This document shows positions 18,793-28,694 of a stretch of 64,000 nt of DNA, in pieces. The stretch spans positions 104,913 through 168,912 of the forward strand of contig DCXM01000006.1 in the NCBI GenBank assembly GCA_002328405.1, in the 5' to 3' direction. Position 1 is the first letter of the stretch; every line of letters begins with the position of its first letter. This DNA is from Proteobacteria bacterium UBA2136 (GTDB taxonomy: Bacteria; Pseudomonadota; Alphaproteobacteria; UBA2136). The position numbers and the translations under genes were made by a program. The notes under the pieces were generated by a model. The model saw only the letters and a program-made list of their open reading frames with translations. It made no database searches and was not told the DNA's origin.

Positions 18793-19671
18793 ATGCAGTC
18801 ACCCAAGTACCCAACCCTGACTAAAAAAGGGTTTTTAACCAAGCGTGGGCATGACCTGGACAAAAACCTCATTGAATTTTTAAATGAAGTGATTTCCCAA
18901 ATGCCTCACGGCTTACCCCTTAATAGCAAAATACGTGGATTGTACGCACAAGACCTTTATATGCAAACGTATGAAGGTCAAGCATCACCACAACTGCCTT
19001 TTGCTGAAAATATCAGCGAAGAAACCTTGCGGCAAAACCTGTTTGAATGGACACAAAACTCTCCGCTTCGGCTGATTACATCTTATGATCCTAATCAGTC
19101 AAACAGCCCGCAAGTGTACCTTGAGCGCTACCCGTTGTTCATCACGGAAGAATTGATTGGATACATTCACTTTTTCCGCACCAGTGATGAACCGCACTTG
19201 CACACCCACCCGTGGCGCACATCTTACAGCGCCATTTTAGCAGGTGGATACACCGAAACCCGCTTGAAGGACATGACGTTACTAGCCGAAGGGAAAGGCT
19301 GTGTTCAACATCAACGTTCCGCCGGGAGCTTTGGCAGTTTAACCCATCAAACCCAGCACTTTGTAACCCTCCCGCAAACCGCAACGGGTGAACGCACCTG
19401 CTGGACCCTGTTTTTGCACCACCGCAACTGGGAATACGGCTGGGGATTTACTGAAAATGAACCTGTTGTCGCCAAAGTGTGGGATGACCTTGCCAATGAT
19501 GGAAACGGTGAATACAAAGAAACTTCTGGCACGTTGTTTGTCACCAAAGAAAAAGGTGGCGGTGCGAACAAAAAAAGCTGGTGGACCATGGAGCAAGGAC
19601 CAACTCGTTTTATTGATAAAGCCCACATCCTCAGGGAAAAGTACCAGCTTTCCAAAGATAGCTATTTATAA
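18793..19671 (+). CDS. hypothetical protein (292 aa) with His-rich HLHTHPW motif
   Basis: GGAGG RBS; possible metal-binding His cluster (cupin-like?) but no confident family assignment. Confidence 0.45.
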   Translation: MQSPKYPTLTKKGFLTKRGHDLDKNLIEFLNEVISQMPHGLPLNSKIRGLYAQDLYMQTYEGQASPQLPFAENISEETLRQNLFEWTQNSPLRLITSYDPNQSNSPQVYLERYPLFITEELIGYIHFFRTSDEPHLHTHPWRTSYSAILAGGYTETRLKDMTLLAEGKGCVQHQRSAGSFGSLTHQTQHFVTLPQTATGERTCWTLFLHHRNWEYGWGFTENEPVVAKVWDDLANDGNGEYKETSGTLFVTKEKGGGANKKSWWTMEQGPTRFIDKAHILREKYQLSKDSYL

Positions 19672-19698
19672 AAACAACCCCTTCGAATAAAAACACCC

Positions 19699-19730
19699 TC
19701 AATGCGAGGGTGTTTTTTTGTTTATCTACA
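19699..19730. terminator. bidirectional rho-independent terminator
   Basis: acaccctcaatgcgagggtgttttttt between convergent genes. Confidence 0.5.
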
Positions 19731-19738
19731 AGCTTCTG

Positions 19739-20110
19739 TTAAAAGCCTTTGATACCATGCACTACCATCAAACAGCCAAAAATGGCTACCATCGCACCGC
19801 TGATGACCCATAAATTCACCTTTGCTTGATCCACAATAATCGCCATCAACGTCATCCAAATCACTGTAAAAATGACTGTACCTACACCGCCAATGGTCGC
19901 ACCACCAATTTCGTAAGCCTTACCAATCAAATAATTAGAAGGGCCAAAAAACAAAGGGAAGGCTGCAATGATCCGCAAAACAACATTGTCGGTCAATGCG
20001 TATAGACCGCCAAAAACAGAAGGGAACAAAAAGCCATTTAAAAAAGCAATACCCAAATAAACACCCGCCATACCAAGGGCTGATAATGCAAACGCATAAA
20101 CTGTAATCAT
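19739..20110 (-). CDS. hypothetical small integral membrane protein (123 aa, ~4 TM)
   Basis: Highly hydrophobic with Gly-rich helices. Start overlaps the upstream helicase gene stop (ATGA), so it is co-transcribed with it. Confidence 0.45.
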   Translation of the reverse strand: MITVYAFALSALGMAGVYLGIAFLNGFLFPSVFGGLYALTDNVVLRIIAAFPLFFGPSNYLIGKAYEIGGATIGGVGTVIFTVIWMTLMAIIVDQAKVNLWVISGAMVAIFGCLMVVHGIKGF

Positions 20111-21426
20111 GAATTTTCTTTCATTTTTTGACTTTGCGCATAGTCCTTCACAAAACTTAAAATACGCTCATCGCATTTAATGTCTCTCGCCTGAATGGGT
20201 TTTTTTAGCGCAATTTTATCAAAATGTCTACATCTGGAAAGGGCAACGTAAAGCTGACCTGGCGCAAAAGCACCTCGACCCAAATCAATAATCGCACTGT
20301 CCAATGTTTTGCCTTGGCTTTTGTGAATGGTGATCGCCCATGCTAAAATAAGGGGGTACTGGCTAAAGCTGCCAATTTCCTCTTCCACCAGCTTATCTTC
20401 CTCTTCATCAAAAGAATAGCGGATAGACGGCCACTTTTCCTGTTCTATCTTGTAACGCCTTGGCTCACCATTTTTAAAAATTTCCACTTCCACATTTTTC
20501 AGGGACAAGTTCACCACACGACCAATGGTGCCATTGACCCACCTTTTATCAGGGTCATTTTTCACAAACATCACCTGCGCCCCTTCTTTAAGAACCAGCC
20601 TTTCAGGGCAAGGCAGGCGACCAGTCTCGCTGTCAAACTCCCCCTTCACGTCTCCTTTAAAAGTGTAGGGCGTGCCCTTCAGCTCTTTGAGCTTTGATTG
20701 ATTCAACGTATTGGCAATTTTGTTGGTAGAACACAAGGTAACACTGCTTTGATAGTCCTCCATATCCACACCATGACGTTCATTTAAAAAGTTTAAAATC
20801 TCCGGCGTTTTGTGGCCAACCCGCACCCGATTTAAAGTATCAATAAAGCCGTCTTCTTGTTGCCTAAAAATGTTGTTAAAGCGCACAAGTTCAAAGTCGT
20901 CCATGTCAAAACTGTGGGCATCAAAGAAAAAGGGAGAATTGTAAAAACGTTTAAAATATTCCTCTTCTTCACCGGTAATCACAGGTGGCAGCTGAAAAAG
21001 GTCCCCAATGACGCACATTTGAACACCGCCAAACGGCATACCTTGTTGAGGACCATTGACACGCAAAACCTTTTCAATACCATCCATCACATCGGCACGC
21101 ACCATGGAAATTTCATCAATAATCACCAAATCAATTTGCTGATAAGTTTTGCGGTTGCGGCGCCGACCAATGTTTGAAACATCGACAAACCGAGGTTCCA
21201 AACCAAAAAATGAATGAATGGTCTGTCCCCTGACATTTAAAGCGCTGACACCCGTTGGCGCCACGACGACGATGTTCTTTTTGGTGTTTTTACGAAAATA
21301 ATCCAAAAAAGTGGATTTACCAGTCCCCGCCTTACCTGTGATAAACACATGACTGCCAGTATACTCCAGCGTTTCAAACGCTTTTTCGAATTCGCTGGTT
21401 AATTTAATGTCATCGGAAGAAATCAT
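20107..21426 (-). CDS. Pif1/RecD-like ATP-dependent DNA helicase (AAA_30 + UvrD_C_2)
   Basis: Walker A GKAGTGKST, Walker B VIIDEISMV, C-terminal IHKSQGKTLD motif. The track start at 21462 is a TTG; the first ATG is at 21426. Confidence 0.8.
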   Translation of the reverse strand: MISSDDIKLTSEFEKAFETLEYTGSHVFITGKAGTGKSTFLDYFRKNTKKNIVVVAPTGVSALNVRGQTIHSFFGLEPRFVDVSNIGRRRNRKTYQQIDLVIIDEISMVRADVMDGIEKVLRVNGPQQGMPFGGVQMCVIGDLFQLPPVITGEEEEYFKRFYNSPFFFDAHSFDMDDFELVRFNNIFRQQEDGFIDTLNRVRVGHKTPEILNFLNERHGVDMEDYQSSVTLCSTNKIANTLNQSKLKELKGTPYTFKGDVKGEFDSETGRLPCPERLVLKEGAQVMFVKNDPDKRWVNGTIGRVVNLSLKNVEVEIFKNGEPRRYKIEQEKWPSIRYSFDEEEDKLVEEEIGSFSQYPLILAWAITIHKSQGKTLDSAIIDLGRGAFAPGQLYVALSRCRHFDKIALKKPIQARDIKCDERILSFVKDYAQSQKMKENS

Positions 21427-21539
21427 AAGAAAGAATATCTCACAAAAGGTTACCACTCGCAATTACCACTTTACAAAAAATGCAAACAAGCCTACATTAC
21501 AAAAAGTTATCAACTTTCTTTTCCTTTTCAGGAGGCTTT

Positions 21540-21857
21540 ATGCTTAACAACTTAGACCCTAACATCCTGCAACGCGCTCGGAAGATTTATAATTTTAGCA
21601 AAGATGAATTCATAAACATTTCCGATCGCATTGGTAAAATGCCAACACACTTAACCGGTCAAGAAATGATGCATGAATTTGACCACGAATTCAAAACCGG
21701 TCAAGACAAGCTTATTCAGGCTGTCACAATGGTTCTTTGCTCTCATGACGGTATTGCTGACAGCGACCATGCCATCACCACAGATAAAGACGGTAGCGCG
21801 CACAAGTCTCAAAACTATCAAGACATTGTTCAGCTAATCGCCAGCCAGATACAGTAA
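21540..21857 (+). CDS. hypothetical protein (~105 aa)
   Basis: AGGAGG 6 nt upstream of the ATG at 21540 (track ORF starts earlier, at 21480); strong terminator follows. Confidence 0.4.
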   Translation: MLNNLDPNILQRARKIYNFSKDEFINISDRIGKMPTHLTGQEMMHEFDHEFKTGQDKLIQAVTMVLCSHDGIADSDHAITTDKDGSAHKSQNYQDIVQLIASQIQ

Positions 21858-21867
21858 CATTTCGATA

Positions 21868-21901
21868 AAAAACCCCTCTCAACCTTGAGAGGGGTTTTTT
21901 G
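21868..21901 (+). terminator. rho-independent terminator
   Basis: aaaaaacccctctcaaccttgagaggggtttttt. Confidence 0.55.
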
Positions 21902-22031
21902 AATGTATCAGCTAAAACCAATGTCAGCAGCATTAGTGATATTGTTGTATATGTTTTATTTTTAAACGAGGACGTGTAGAAAAAGCCCTACACGACACGG
22001 CATAAAAATGAAACAGATGCAGCAAGAGCGC

Positions 22032-22991
22032 TTATGCCTCAAGCAGCCCTTCAACATAACGGATGGTATCCAAAGCCGCCATACAGCCCAAACCAGCTGC
22101 TGTCACCGCTTGGCGGTAAATTGGATCAGCCACGTCACCAGCAGCAAAAACACCATCCACATTCGTGTTGACTGTGCCCTTTTCAACTTCTAGATATCCA
22201 TATTCGTCCATATCCAACTGACCTTTAAATAAGTCAGTGTTTGGCTTGTGACCAATGGCAATGAAAACACCGTGACAAGGCACTTCTTCATATGCCCCAT
22301 CTTCGGTGTTTTGAAGTTTCACAGATGTTACACCACCCAGCGGGCCTTCTGTGCCTTGAATTTCAGCCACAACCGAGTTCCACTTTACTTGAATATTTTC
22401 GGTTTTTTCAATGCGGTTGCGCAGCACAACTTCACCACGGAAAGCATCACGGCGGTGCACCACCGTAACCGATTTACAAATGGCACTGAGGTACAAAGCC
22501 TCTTCCATCGCGGTGTTACCACCACCCACAACGACTACATCTTGACCGCGGAAAAACGCACCATCGCAAGTGGCACAAGCGCTCACACCTTTACCACTGA
22601 ACTTTTGTTCGCTTTCCAAGCCCAACCATTTGGCAGAAGCACCTGTTGCCACAATCAGTACATCACAGGTGTAAGTCGTGCCACTGTCACCTTTTAAAAC
22701 ATGTGGCTTTTGCTTCAAGTCCACTTCCACAATGGTGTCATTCACCATTTCTGTGCCGCAGTTTTCCGCCTGTTTGTTAAATTGATCCATCAACCAAGGG
22801 CCTTCAACAACGTTTGCAAAGCCAGGATAGTTTTCCACTTCATGGGTAATGGTCATCTGACCACCTGGCTGTAAACCATGAATAAGCATGGGCTTTAAGT
22901 TTGCGCGTGCTGTGTAAATAGCAGCGGTTGAACCGGCAGGTCCACTGCCTAAAATGATAACTTTGCGGTGAATGTTATTGGACATTGTCAT
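22032..22991 (-). CDS. trxB: thioredoxin-disulfide reductase
   Basis: 319 aa; FAD motif GSGPAGSTAAIY, redox-active CATCDG, NADPH motif VVGGGNTAMEEA. Confidence 0.9.
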   Translation of the reverse strand: MTMSNNIHRKVIILGSGPAGSTAAIYTARANLKPMLIHGLQPGGQMTITHEVENYPGFANVVEGPWLMDQFNKQAENCGTEMVNDTIVEVDLKQKPHVLKGDSGTTYTCDVLIVATGASAKWLGLESEQKFSGKGVSACATCDGAFFRGQDVVVVGGGNTAMEEALYLSAICKSVTVVHRRDAFRGEVVLRNRIEKTENIQVKWNSVVAEIQGTEGPLGGVTSVKLQNTEDGAYEEVPCHGVFIAIGHKPNTDLFKGQLDMDEYGYLEVEKGTVNTNVDGVFAAGDVADPIYRQAVTAAGLGCMAALDTIRYVEGLLEA

Positions 22992-23052
22992 TTAAACCAT
23001 ATTTTTTGATGTTAATCTCATGCATGTAGGGATTATTATTAACAAGCTTCTG

Positions 23053-23065
23053 GTTGAAGTTCAAC
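23053..23065. promoter_or_regulatory. perfect palindrome GTTGAAgTTCAAC in the trxB/prx divergent intergenic region (candidate operator)
   Basis: Seen directly in the sequence; centrally placed between divergent redox genes. Confidence 0.3.
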
Positions 23066-23169
23066 ACAATAAAAGTCTGACATTTTCATTTTTACCATTT
23101 CCGCCAGTTCTGTTATAGTGCGGTTATATGGTTATATTTTTTAAGTCATAAAAAATTAAGGAGAAAAAA

Positions 23170-23763
23170 ATGACATTTATGGTTGGGCAAAAATTCCCAA
23201 CTGCTACCACACCAGCAGTTATGGAAAATGGCGAAATTAACAACGACTTTAGCGTAGCCGAGCATGGCAAAGGCTCATACACAGTTGTATTCTTTTACCC
23301 ACTTGACTTTACATTTGTATGCCCAACAGAACTTGTGGCATTCAACAAAGCAATGAGCCGTTTTGAAGCACTGGGTTGCAAAGTTGTTGCCGCATCTGTG
23401 GACAGCGTTTTCTCTCACGCTGCATGGCGCCGCACACCACTGGCAGACGGTGGCATTGAAGAAGTGAACTACCCAATGCTTTCAGACATTGAGCGTAAGC
23501 TTTCAAACGAGCTTGGCATCTTGGCTGATGGCGGTGTGACTTTCCGTGCATCTTACCTAATTGACAAAGAAGGTACAGTTCGCCACATGGTTGTGAACGA
23601 CCTACCACTTGGCCGCAGCGTTGAAGAAATGTTGCGCATGGTGGAAGCTTTAGACTTCCACGAAAAACACGGTGAAGTTTGCCCAGCAAACTGGAAACAA
23701 GGCGAAGAAGGTATGCAAGCCAACCGTGAAAGCACAAGCGCTTACTTGTCTAAAACAGCATAA
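23170..23763 (+). CDS. peroxiredoxin (typical 2-Cys Prx, AhpC/TSA family)
   Basis: 197 aa; peroxidatic Cys motif FTFVCPTE and resolving Cys GEVCPA near the C-terminus; AAGGAG RBS. Confidence 0.9.
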   Translation: MTFMVGQKFPTATTPAVMENGEINNDFSVAEHGKGSYTVVFFYPLDFTFVCPTELVAFNKAMSRFEALGCKVVAASVDSVFSHAAWRRTPLADGGIEEVNYPMLSDIERKLSNELGILADGGVTFRASYLIDKEGTVRHMVVNDLPLGRSVEEMLRMVEALDFHEKHGEVCPANWKQGEEGMQANRESTSAYLSKTA

Positions 23764-23814
23764 GCTCAAACAACAAAGCTTTTTGCTGACTTGGCAAAAA
23801 TAGCTTGATACATA

Positions 23815-23846
23815 AAAAAGCCCTGCACACAGCAGGGCTTTTTTAG
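23815..23846 (+). terminator. rho-independent terminator
   Basis: aaaaagccctgcacacagcagggctttttt. Confidence 0.55.
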
Positions 23847-23998
23847 TGAAACTTCAAAAGCTTGACATCTCATAACAAACCAAGTATACAATAAAACCAA
23901 TAAGGATATAGAACCATCAAGGCACAACTTAAACGCCAAATCTTTTCGTTCATTAAACTTCAAACTTCATGAAGTTTTCATCTAAGAGGGGTATTATT

Positions 23999-24337
23999 AT
24001 GCCTATACAAAAAAACAAAATCAGTCTAGCTGTGGCTGCTGCCACCATTCAAAGCACACTCAAACCTTTTGTCAATCAAGACGTGTGCATTGCAAAATCA
24101 AGCGAATTTGAAAGTTCAATTTACTTTAGCGACAATCGTTTCCCGCTTGATCTCATCAACAATGGAACACCTGGTTCTGACCAGCGGGAAGGTGAGCCTT
24201 CTATTCTATCGCAAATTAGCAAAATTGAAGAGCAAGGCATTAAGATTGCGATCAAACCGCGTCAAGAAAATGACGAGACCGGTTACCAAAACGGTATGCC
24301 GCAGGACTTTAAGATCGTTGTAACAGCACCAGCGTAA
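23999..24337 (+). CDS. hypothetical protein (~112 aa)
   Basis: ORF with AGAGGGG RBS before the Met at 23999; terminator ~130 nt downstream. Confidence 0.35.
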   Translation: MPIQKNKISLAVAAATIQSTLKPFVNQDVCIAKSSEFESSIYFSDNRFPLDLINNGTPGSDQREGEPSILSQISKIEEQGIKIAIKPRQENDETGYQNGMPQDFKIVVTAPA

Positions 24338-24465
24338 TGAAGCTGTAAAGCGATCTTAATCATACAAATTTCATTTAGCGTTGATGAAGGTTACTAAAGC
24401 ACTGCTTTAACCAATGCACAATACCAGCGCTTTTTACCTATCACTTAACATATCGACACAACTTC

Positions 24466-24500
24466 AAAAGCTCTGCACACTGTGTAGAGCTTTTATTTTT
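24466..24500 (+). terminator. rho-independent terminator
   Basis: aaaagctctgcacactgtgtagagcttttattttt. Confidence 0.5.
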
Positions 24501-24662
24501 GGGAATGTTTATTTTTAATGTTATACTCCCAGTCAAACGTTATTTAAAAAAAAGCATATCGTGGCAACCAACTTGAAAAAGCGATGGTTCAACACCACAA
24601 ATGTGATAGCGAATATTTTTTAAAGTTTTTAAAAACAAAATAAGAAAAATGAGGTGAACCCC

Positions 24663-26927
24663 ATGCAAATTGAAAGCACACCAGCCTTTGTGGAAGCTGT
24701 TTACAAAAAAACAGAAGAAAATCTGAAAATTGTCCGTGAAAGGCTTAAACGCCCCCTCACCTACGCAGAAAAAATTATTTACGGCCACTTAGATGACCCA
24801 CAAGACGCTGAACTTGAGCATGGTACATCTTACATTAAAGTACGCCCCAACCGCATCGCATTGCAAGATGCCACCGCGCAGATGGCTATTTTACAATTTA
24901 TGCTCGCAGGTAAGTCCTCGGCTGCTGTACCAGTGACTGTTCACTGTGACCACCTGATCCGTGCCCACACAGGCGCAAAAGACGACTTGGCCACAGCCAA
25001 CAGCGAAAACAAAGAGGTTTACAATTTCCTTTCATCCGCTTCTTCAAACTATGACTTTGGCTTTTGGAAGCCAGGTGCTGGTATCATCCACCAAGTGGTG
25101 CTGGAACAATACGCCTTCCCTGGTTTGATGATGCTGGGCACAGACTCCCACACACCAAACGCTGGTGGCCTTGGTGCCTTTGCTTGTGGCGTAGGCGGTG
25201 CCGACGCTGTCGACGTGATGGTTGATATGCCTTGGGAAGTTTTACACCCGAAAATTGTAGGTGTCCGCTTAACAGGCGAACTTAAAGGCTGGGCCGCACC
25301 GAAAGACATTATTTTGAAGCTGCTTGGCATTTTAACATGTGCGGGCGGTACCAACCGTGTGATTGAATACTTTGGCGAAGGTGTGCAATCTATTTCTTGC
25401 ACCGGTAAGGCAACCATTTGCAACATGGGTGCAGAGCTCGGCGCAACCACATCTATCTTCCCATATGACAAGCGCATGTCCACCTACCTTGGTGTCACCA
25501 ACCGTAAAGAAACTGCCGAACTGGCCGACAAGTACACACACTTGCTTTGCGCAGATGATGAAGTGCTCGCCAAACCGGAAGACTTTTACGAAATGGTGAT
25601 CGACATCAACTTGTCCGAACTAGAACCACACATTGTTGGCCCACACTCACCAGATTTGGCCGTGCCTGTGTCAGGCATGAAAAAGCACATGGAAGAAGGT
25701 GGCTGGCCTAAAAACCTCACATCCGCCCTCATTGGTTCTTGCACCAACTCATCTTATGAGGACATGGGCCGTGTCGCCGAAATGGCCGAGCAACTTTCTG
25801 CAAAAGGCGCCAAGTTGAAAATGCCACTCCTCATCACACCGGGCAGTGAGCAAGTTCACCAAACCATCATCCGTGATGGGCAATTGGCTTCACTGGAAAA
25901 ATTGGGTGCAACCGTTCTTGCCAACGCTTGTGGCCCTTGCATTGGCCAATGGAAACGGGACGACATTGAGATGGGCGAAGAAAACTCCATCGTTTCATCT
26001 TACAACCGTAACTTCCCGAAACGTAATGACGGCAACCCACAAACTTGCTCATTCATCGGCAGCCCTGAAACGACGTTGGCTTATGCCTTGTTTGGCCGCC
26101 TAGACGTTGACCCATACAACACCGACATTGAAGCCGCAGACGGTACAAAATTCCGCCTCAACGCACCCGAAAATGTTGCGGAAGTTCCAGCCGACGGTTT
26201 TGTGAAGGATGAAGCTGGCTACCAAAAACCAGCAGACGGCAAAGTGGACGTTGTTGTTGACGAAAACAGCGAACGCCTTGAAAGGCTCACACCATTCGAC
26301 AAATGGAGCGGCGAGGACTACAAAGGCCTCCGCCTATTGCTAAAAGCGCAAGGCAAATGCACAACCGACCACATTTCTCCAGCAGGGCCTTGGTTGAAGT
26401 TCCGTGGCCACCTTGACAATATCAGTGACAACATGTTCAACGGCGCCATTAACGCCTTTAGCGGTGAAGCTGGCTTTGGTAAAAACCCTTACACCGAAGA
26501 AAAAGAGCAGTTCAGCAAAATTGCCCGTGCCATTAAGGCCAAAGGCGAAGGCTGGGTTGCCGTGGGTGACAACAACTACGGTGAAGGTTCGTCCCGTGAG
26601 CATGCGGCCATGAGCCCAAGGCTACTCGGTTGCCGTGCCGTAATCACCCGTAGCTTTGCACGTATCCATGAAACCAACCTCAAAAAGCAAGGTGTTCTAC
26701 CTTTAACCTTTGTGAATGAGTCGGACTACGAGCTGATTGAAGAAGGTGACAAAATCGACCTTGTTGGCTTGAAGGACTTGGCACCAGGCAGCCGTGTCAA
26801 AGCTGTGGTCACACACGCAGACGGCTCAACTGTTGAAATTGAACTGAAACACTCACTCAACAATGAGCAATTGGTTTGGTTTAGAAACGGCAGTGCTTTA
26901 AACACCATCCGCGCAAAAGCGTCATAA
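24663..26927 (+). CDS. acn: aconitate hydratase (mitochondrial-type aconitase family)
   Basis: ~754 aa; Fe-S ligand cysteines in the aconitase motifs (…VGGADAVDVM…, IGSCTNSSYEDM, NACGPCIGQW), swivel-domain SR motif (GSSREHAA). The track start at 24654 is a GTG; the ATG at 24663 has a GAGGTGA SD. Confidence 0.85.
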   Translation: MQIESTPAFVEAVYKKTEENLKIVRERLKRPLTYAEKIIYGHLDDPQDAELEHGTSYIKVRPNRIALQDATAQMAILQFMLAGKSSAAVPVTVHCDHLIRAHTGAKDDLATANSENKEVYNFLSSASSNYDFGFWKPGAGIIHQVVLEQYAFPGLMMLGTDSHTPNAGGLGAFACGVGGADAVDVMVDMPWEVLHPKIVGVRLTGELKGWAAPKDIILKLLGILTCAGGTNRVIEYFGEGVQSISCTGKATICNMGAELGATTSIFPYDKRMSTYLGVTNRKETAELADKYTHLLCADDEVLAKPEDFYEMVIDINLSELEPHIVGPHSPDLAVPVSGMKKHMEEGGWPKNLTSALIGSCTNSSYEDMGRVAEMAEQLSAKGAKLKMPLLITPGSEQVHQTIIRDGQLASLEKLGATVLANACGPCIGQWKRDDIEMGEENSIVSSYNRNFPKRNDGNPQTCSFIGSPETTLAYALFGRLDVDPYNTDIEAADGTKFRLNAPENVAEVPADGFVKDEAGYQKPADGKVDVVVDENSERLERLTPFDKWSGEDYKGLRLLLKAQGKCTTDHISPAGPWLKFRGHLDNISDNMFNGAINAFSGEAGFGKNPYTEEKEQFSKIARAIKAKGEGWVAVGDNNYGEGSSREHAAMSPRLLGCRAVITRSFARIHETNLKKQGVLPLTFVNESDYELIEEGDKIDLVGLKDLAPGSRVKAVVTHADGSTVEIELKHSLNNEQLVWFRNGSALNTIRAKAS

Positions 26928-26943
26928 CGCTTGCAACACAAAC

Positions 26944-26975
26944 AAAAAACCGCCTGTTAAAGGCGGTTTTTTTTC
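26944..26975. terminator. bidirectional rho-independent terminator
   Basis: aaaaaaccgcctgttaaaggcggtttttttt between convergent genes. Confidence 0.55.
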
Positions 26976-26979
26976 ATCG

Positions 26980-27471
26980 CTAAGACACCTGTTTTAAAGG
27001 CTCGTTTTGTTTGTGCGGCATCTGGTCATAGTAAATGACTGCGCTGGGCGCCAGCTTGGCCACTTTGGCAACAAATTTTTCAGCATCTTCTTTATGCTGA
27101 AACATCACCGCAAAGCTGTTTTTATCATCTTTAAATTGCTTACGGAGCGTTTTAATCAAACGTTTGTCAGGCAATGTTACCAAGGGTATATGCGCCATAT
27201 GAATGTCATGCACATTCAGTGAAATGCCTTGTGTGTTTTTAGCGCGGTAATGGCGCACACGGTTGGCATCTCCTAAACTTAGGCCGTAAACATAAACCGC
27301 ATGATGCGCATGCGATTGTTTTTGGCAAAGACTGCGATAACCAGAACAGCGTTCAATAAATTGTTCTAATATTTTGGACATGGTTACCACAATTGAAGGG
27401 TACAAACGACGCTTTTTAACAACGCCTAAATCATTACGTTCAACACAAATTGTATTTTTCATATTTGTCAT
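26980..27471 (-). CDS. hypothetical protein (163 aa)
   Basis: Intact ORF, His-rich segment; no family recognised. Confidence 0.4.
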   Translation of the reverse strand: MTNMKNTICVERNDLGVVKKRRLYPSIVVTMSKILEQFIERCSGYRSLCQKQSHAHHAVYVYGLSLGDANRVRHYRAKNTQGISLNVHDIHMAHIPLVTLPDKRLIKTLRKQFKDDKNSFAVMFQHKEDAEKFVAKVAKLAPSAVIYYDQMPHKQNEPLKQVS

Positions 27472-27631
27472 ATATCTCCAAGAAAAGACAAAAAAGAAGG
27501 GTGGGGGTAAAAGCTAAACCTCCTAAATCAGGTGAAAGAAAATAAAAGATAAAGATTATGCAGGTTCCAAAAACCCACATTCATTAGGGTTGACCCTTTT
27601 ATCAAACAGGTCATATAGACGCAAGTGTTTT

Positions 27632-28570
27632 TTACAGTTGGTCCAAAATTTCCGTAATTTTTTGCGTTGTCCTTTGCTCTTTAGCGGTGTGCCCCGCATT
27701 GCCAATCACGTAAAGTTGGCTATGTGGCACCGCTTTATGTAACTGATAAGCGGTTTCAAACGGACAAACCATGTCATAACGCCCTTGTACAATATGCACA
27801 GGAAAGTCTTGTGTTTTTTGGCCAATGGTTTTCAAAATGGCATCGCCATCTATAAAGCCTTTGTTTACAAAGTAGTGGTTTTCTATCAAGCTGTGGCTTA
27901 GAACATAATCGGCATTTTCCATTTGTGCATTCAACGCAGCCTCATCCACCTCCAACCGAGAGATACAAAGCTCCCACTTCGTCCAAGCTTGCAAAGCCTT
28001 CTTTTTCAACTTCTGCTCACCTGTTTGAAAAATGCGGTGATAATTTTGGATGATATGCCCTTGTTGTTCTGTGGGAAGAACATTGGCAAAGTCTTCAAAA
28101 ACATCGGCAAACACAACACTTGAAACACCGCCTTTTTCATACATGTTAAACAGCTCCCGCTCCCGACATAAAAAGACACCATAAACCACCACTGATAAAA
28201 AATCTTCTGGGTATTGGTCAGCGTAAGCCAGTGCCAAGGTTGACCCCCAAGACCCGCCAAAAACATGCCATTTTTGATGCCCCAATTGCTCTTTTAAAGC
28301 GTGCAAGTCTTCCACCAAATCAGAGGTGGTGTTTTGAGCCAAACAACCGTGGGGAATGCTTTGACCACAGCCACGCTGATCCAACAATATAATTTGATAT
28401 TTTTCAGGGTTAAAAAATTGCCGTTGCCAAGCCGACGTGCCACTGCCGGGGCCACCATGTAAAAACACAATCGGCACACCTTCTGGGTTGCCTGATAATT
28501 CATAATAGATTTTATGCTGACCACGCGGCAAAAAAGCAGTTTTGTAGGGTTGGATTTCTGGATATTTCAT
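27632..28570 (-). CDS. pip: proline iminopeptidase (prolyl aminopeptidase, alpha/beta hydrolase S33)
   Basis: 312 aa; N-terminus matches Pip (…IVFLHGGPGSG…), nucleophile elbow GGSWGSTLALAYA. Confidence 0.85.
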   Translation of the reverse strand: MKYPEIQPYKTAFLPRGQHKIYYELSGNPEGVPIVFLHGGPGSGTSAWQRQFFNPEKYQIILLDQRGCGQSIPHGCLAQNTTSDLVEDLHALKEQLGHQKWHVFGGSWGSTLALAYADQYPEDFLSVVVYGVFLCRERELFNMYEKGGVSSVVFADVFEDFANVLPTEQQGHIIQNYHRIFQTGEQKLKKKALQAWTKWELCISRLEVDEAALNAQMENADYVLSHSLIENHYFVNKGFIDGDAILKTIGQKTQDFPVHIVQGRYDMVCPFETAYQLHKAVPHSQLYVIGNAGHTAKEQRTTQKITEILDQL

Positions 28571-28623
28571 AAAAATAAGATTAGCAAAAAAACAACGCTC
28601 ACTCCATATTAAAAGTTCTTTTC

Positions 28624-28652
28624 TTGGTGGTCACTTCAAGTCAGGCTATAAT
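28624..28652 (+). promoter_or_regulatory. sigma70-like promoter candidate for metY (TTGGTG-17-TATAAT)
   Basis: Hexamers with 17-nt spacing ~40 nt upstream of the metY start. Confidence 0.35.
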
Positions 28653-28694
28653 GTTCATATAAAAAATAATACAAAAAACAATGAGGTTAACCCC

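Noticed and set aside
28571-28694. Possible SAM riboswitch upstream of metY (and metK at 55990-56055)
   Set aside because: The leaders are only ~40-65 nt from the putative promoter to the start, too short for an S-box/SAM-II aptamer, and no conserved aptamer motifs are seen.
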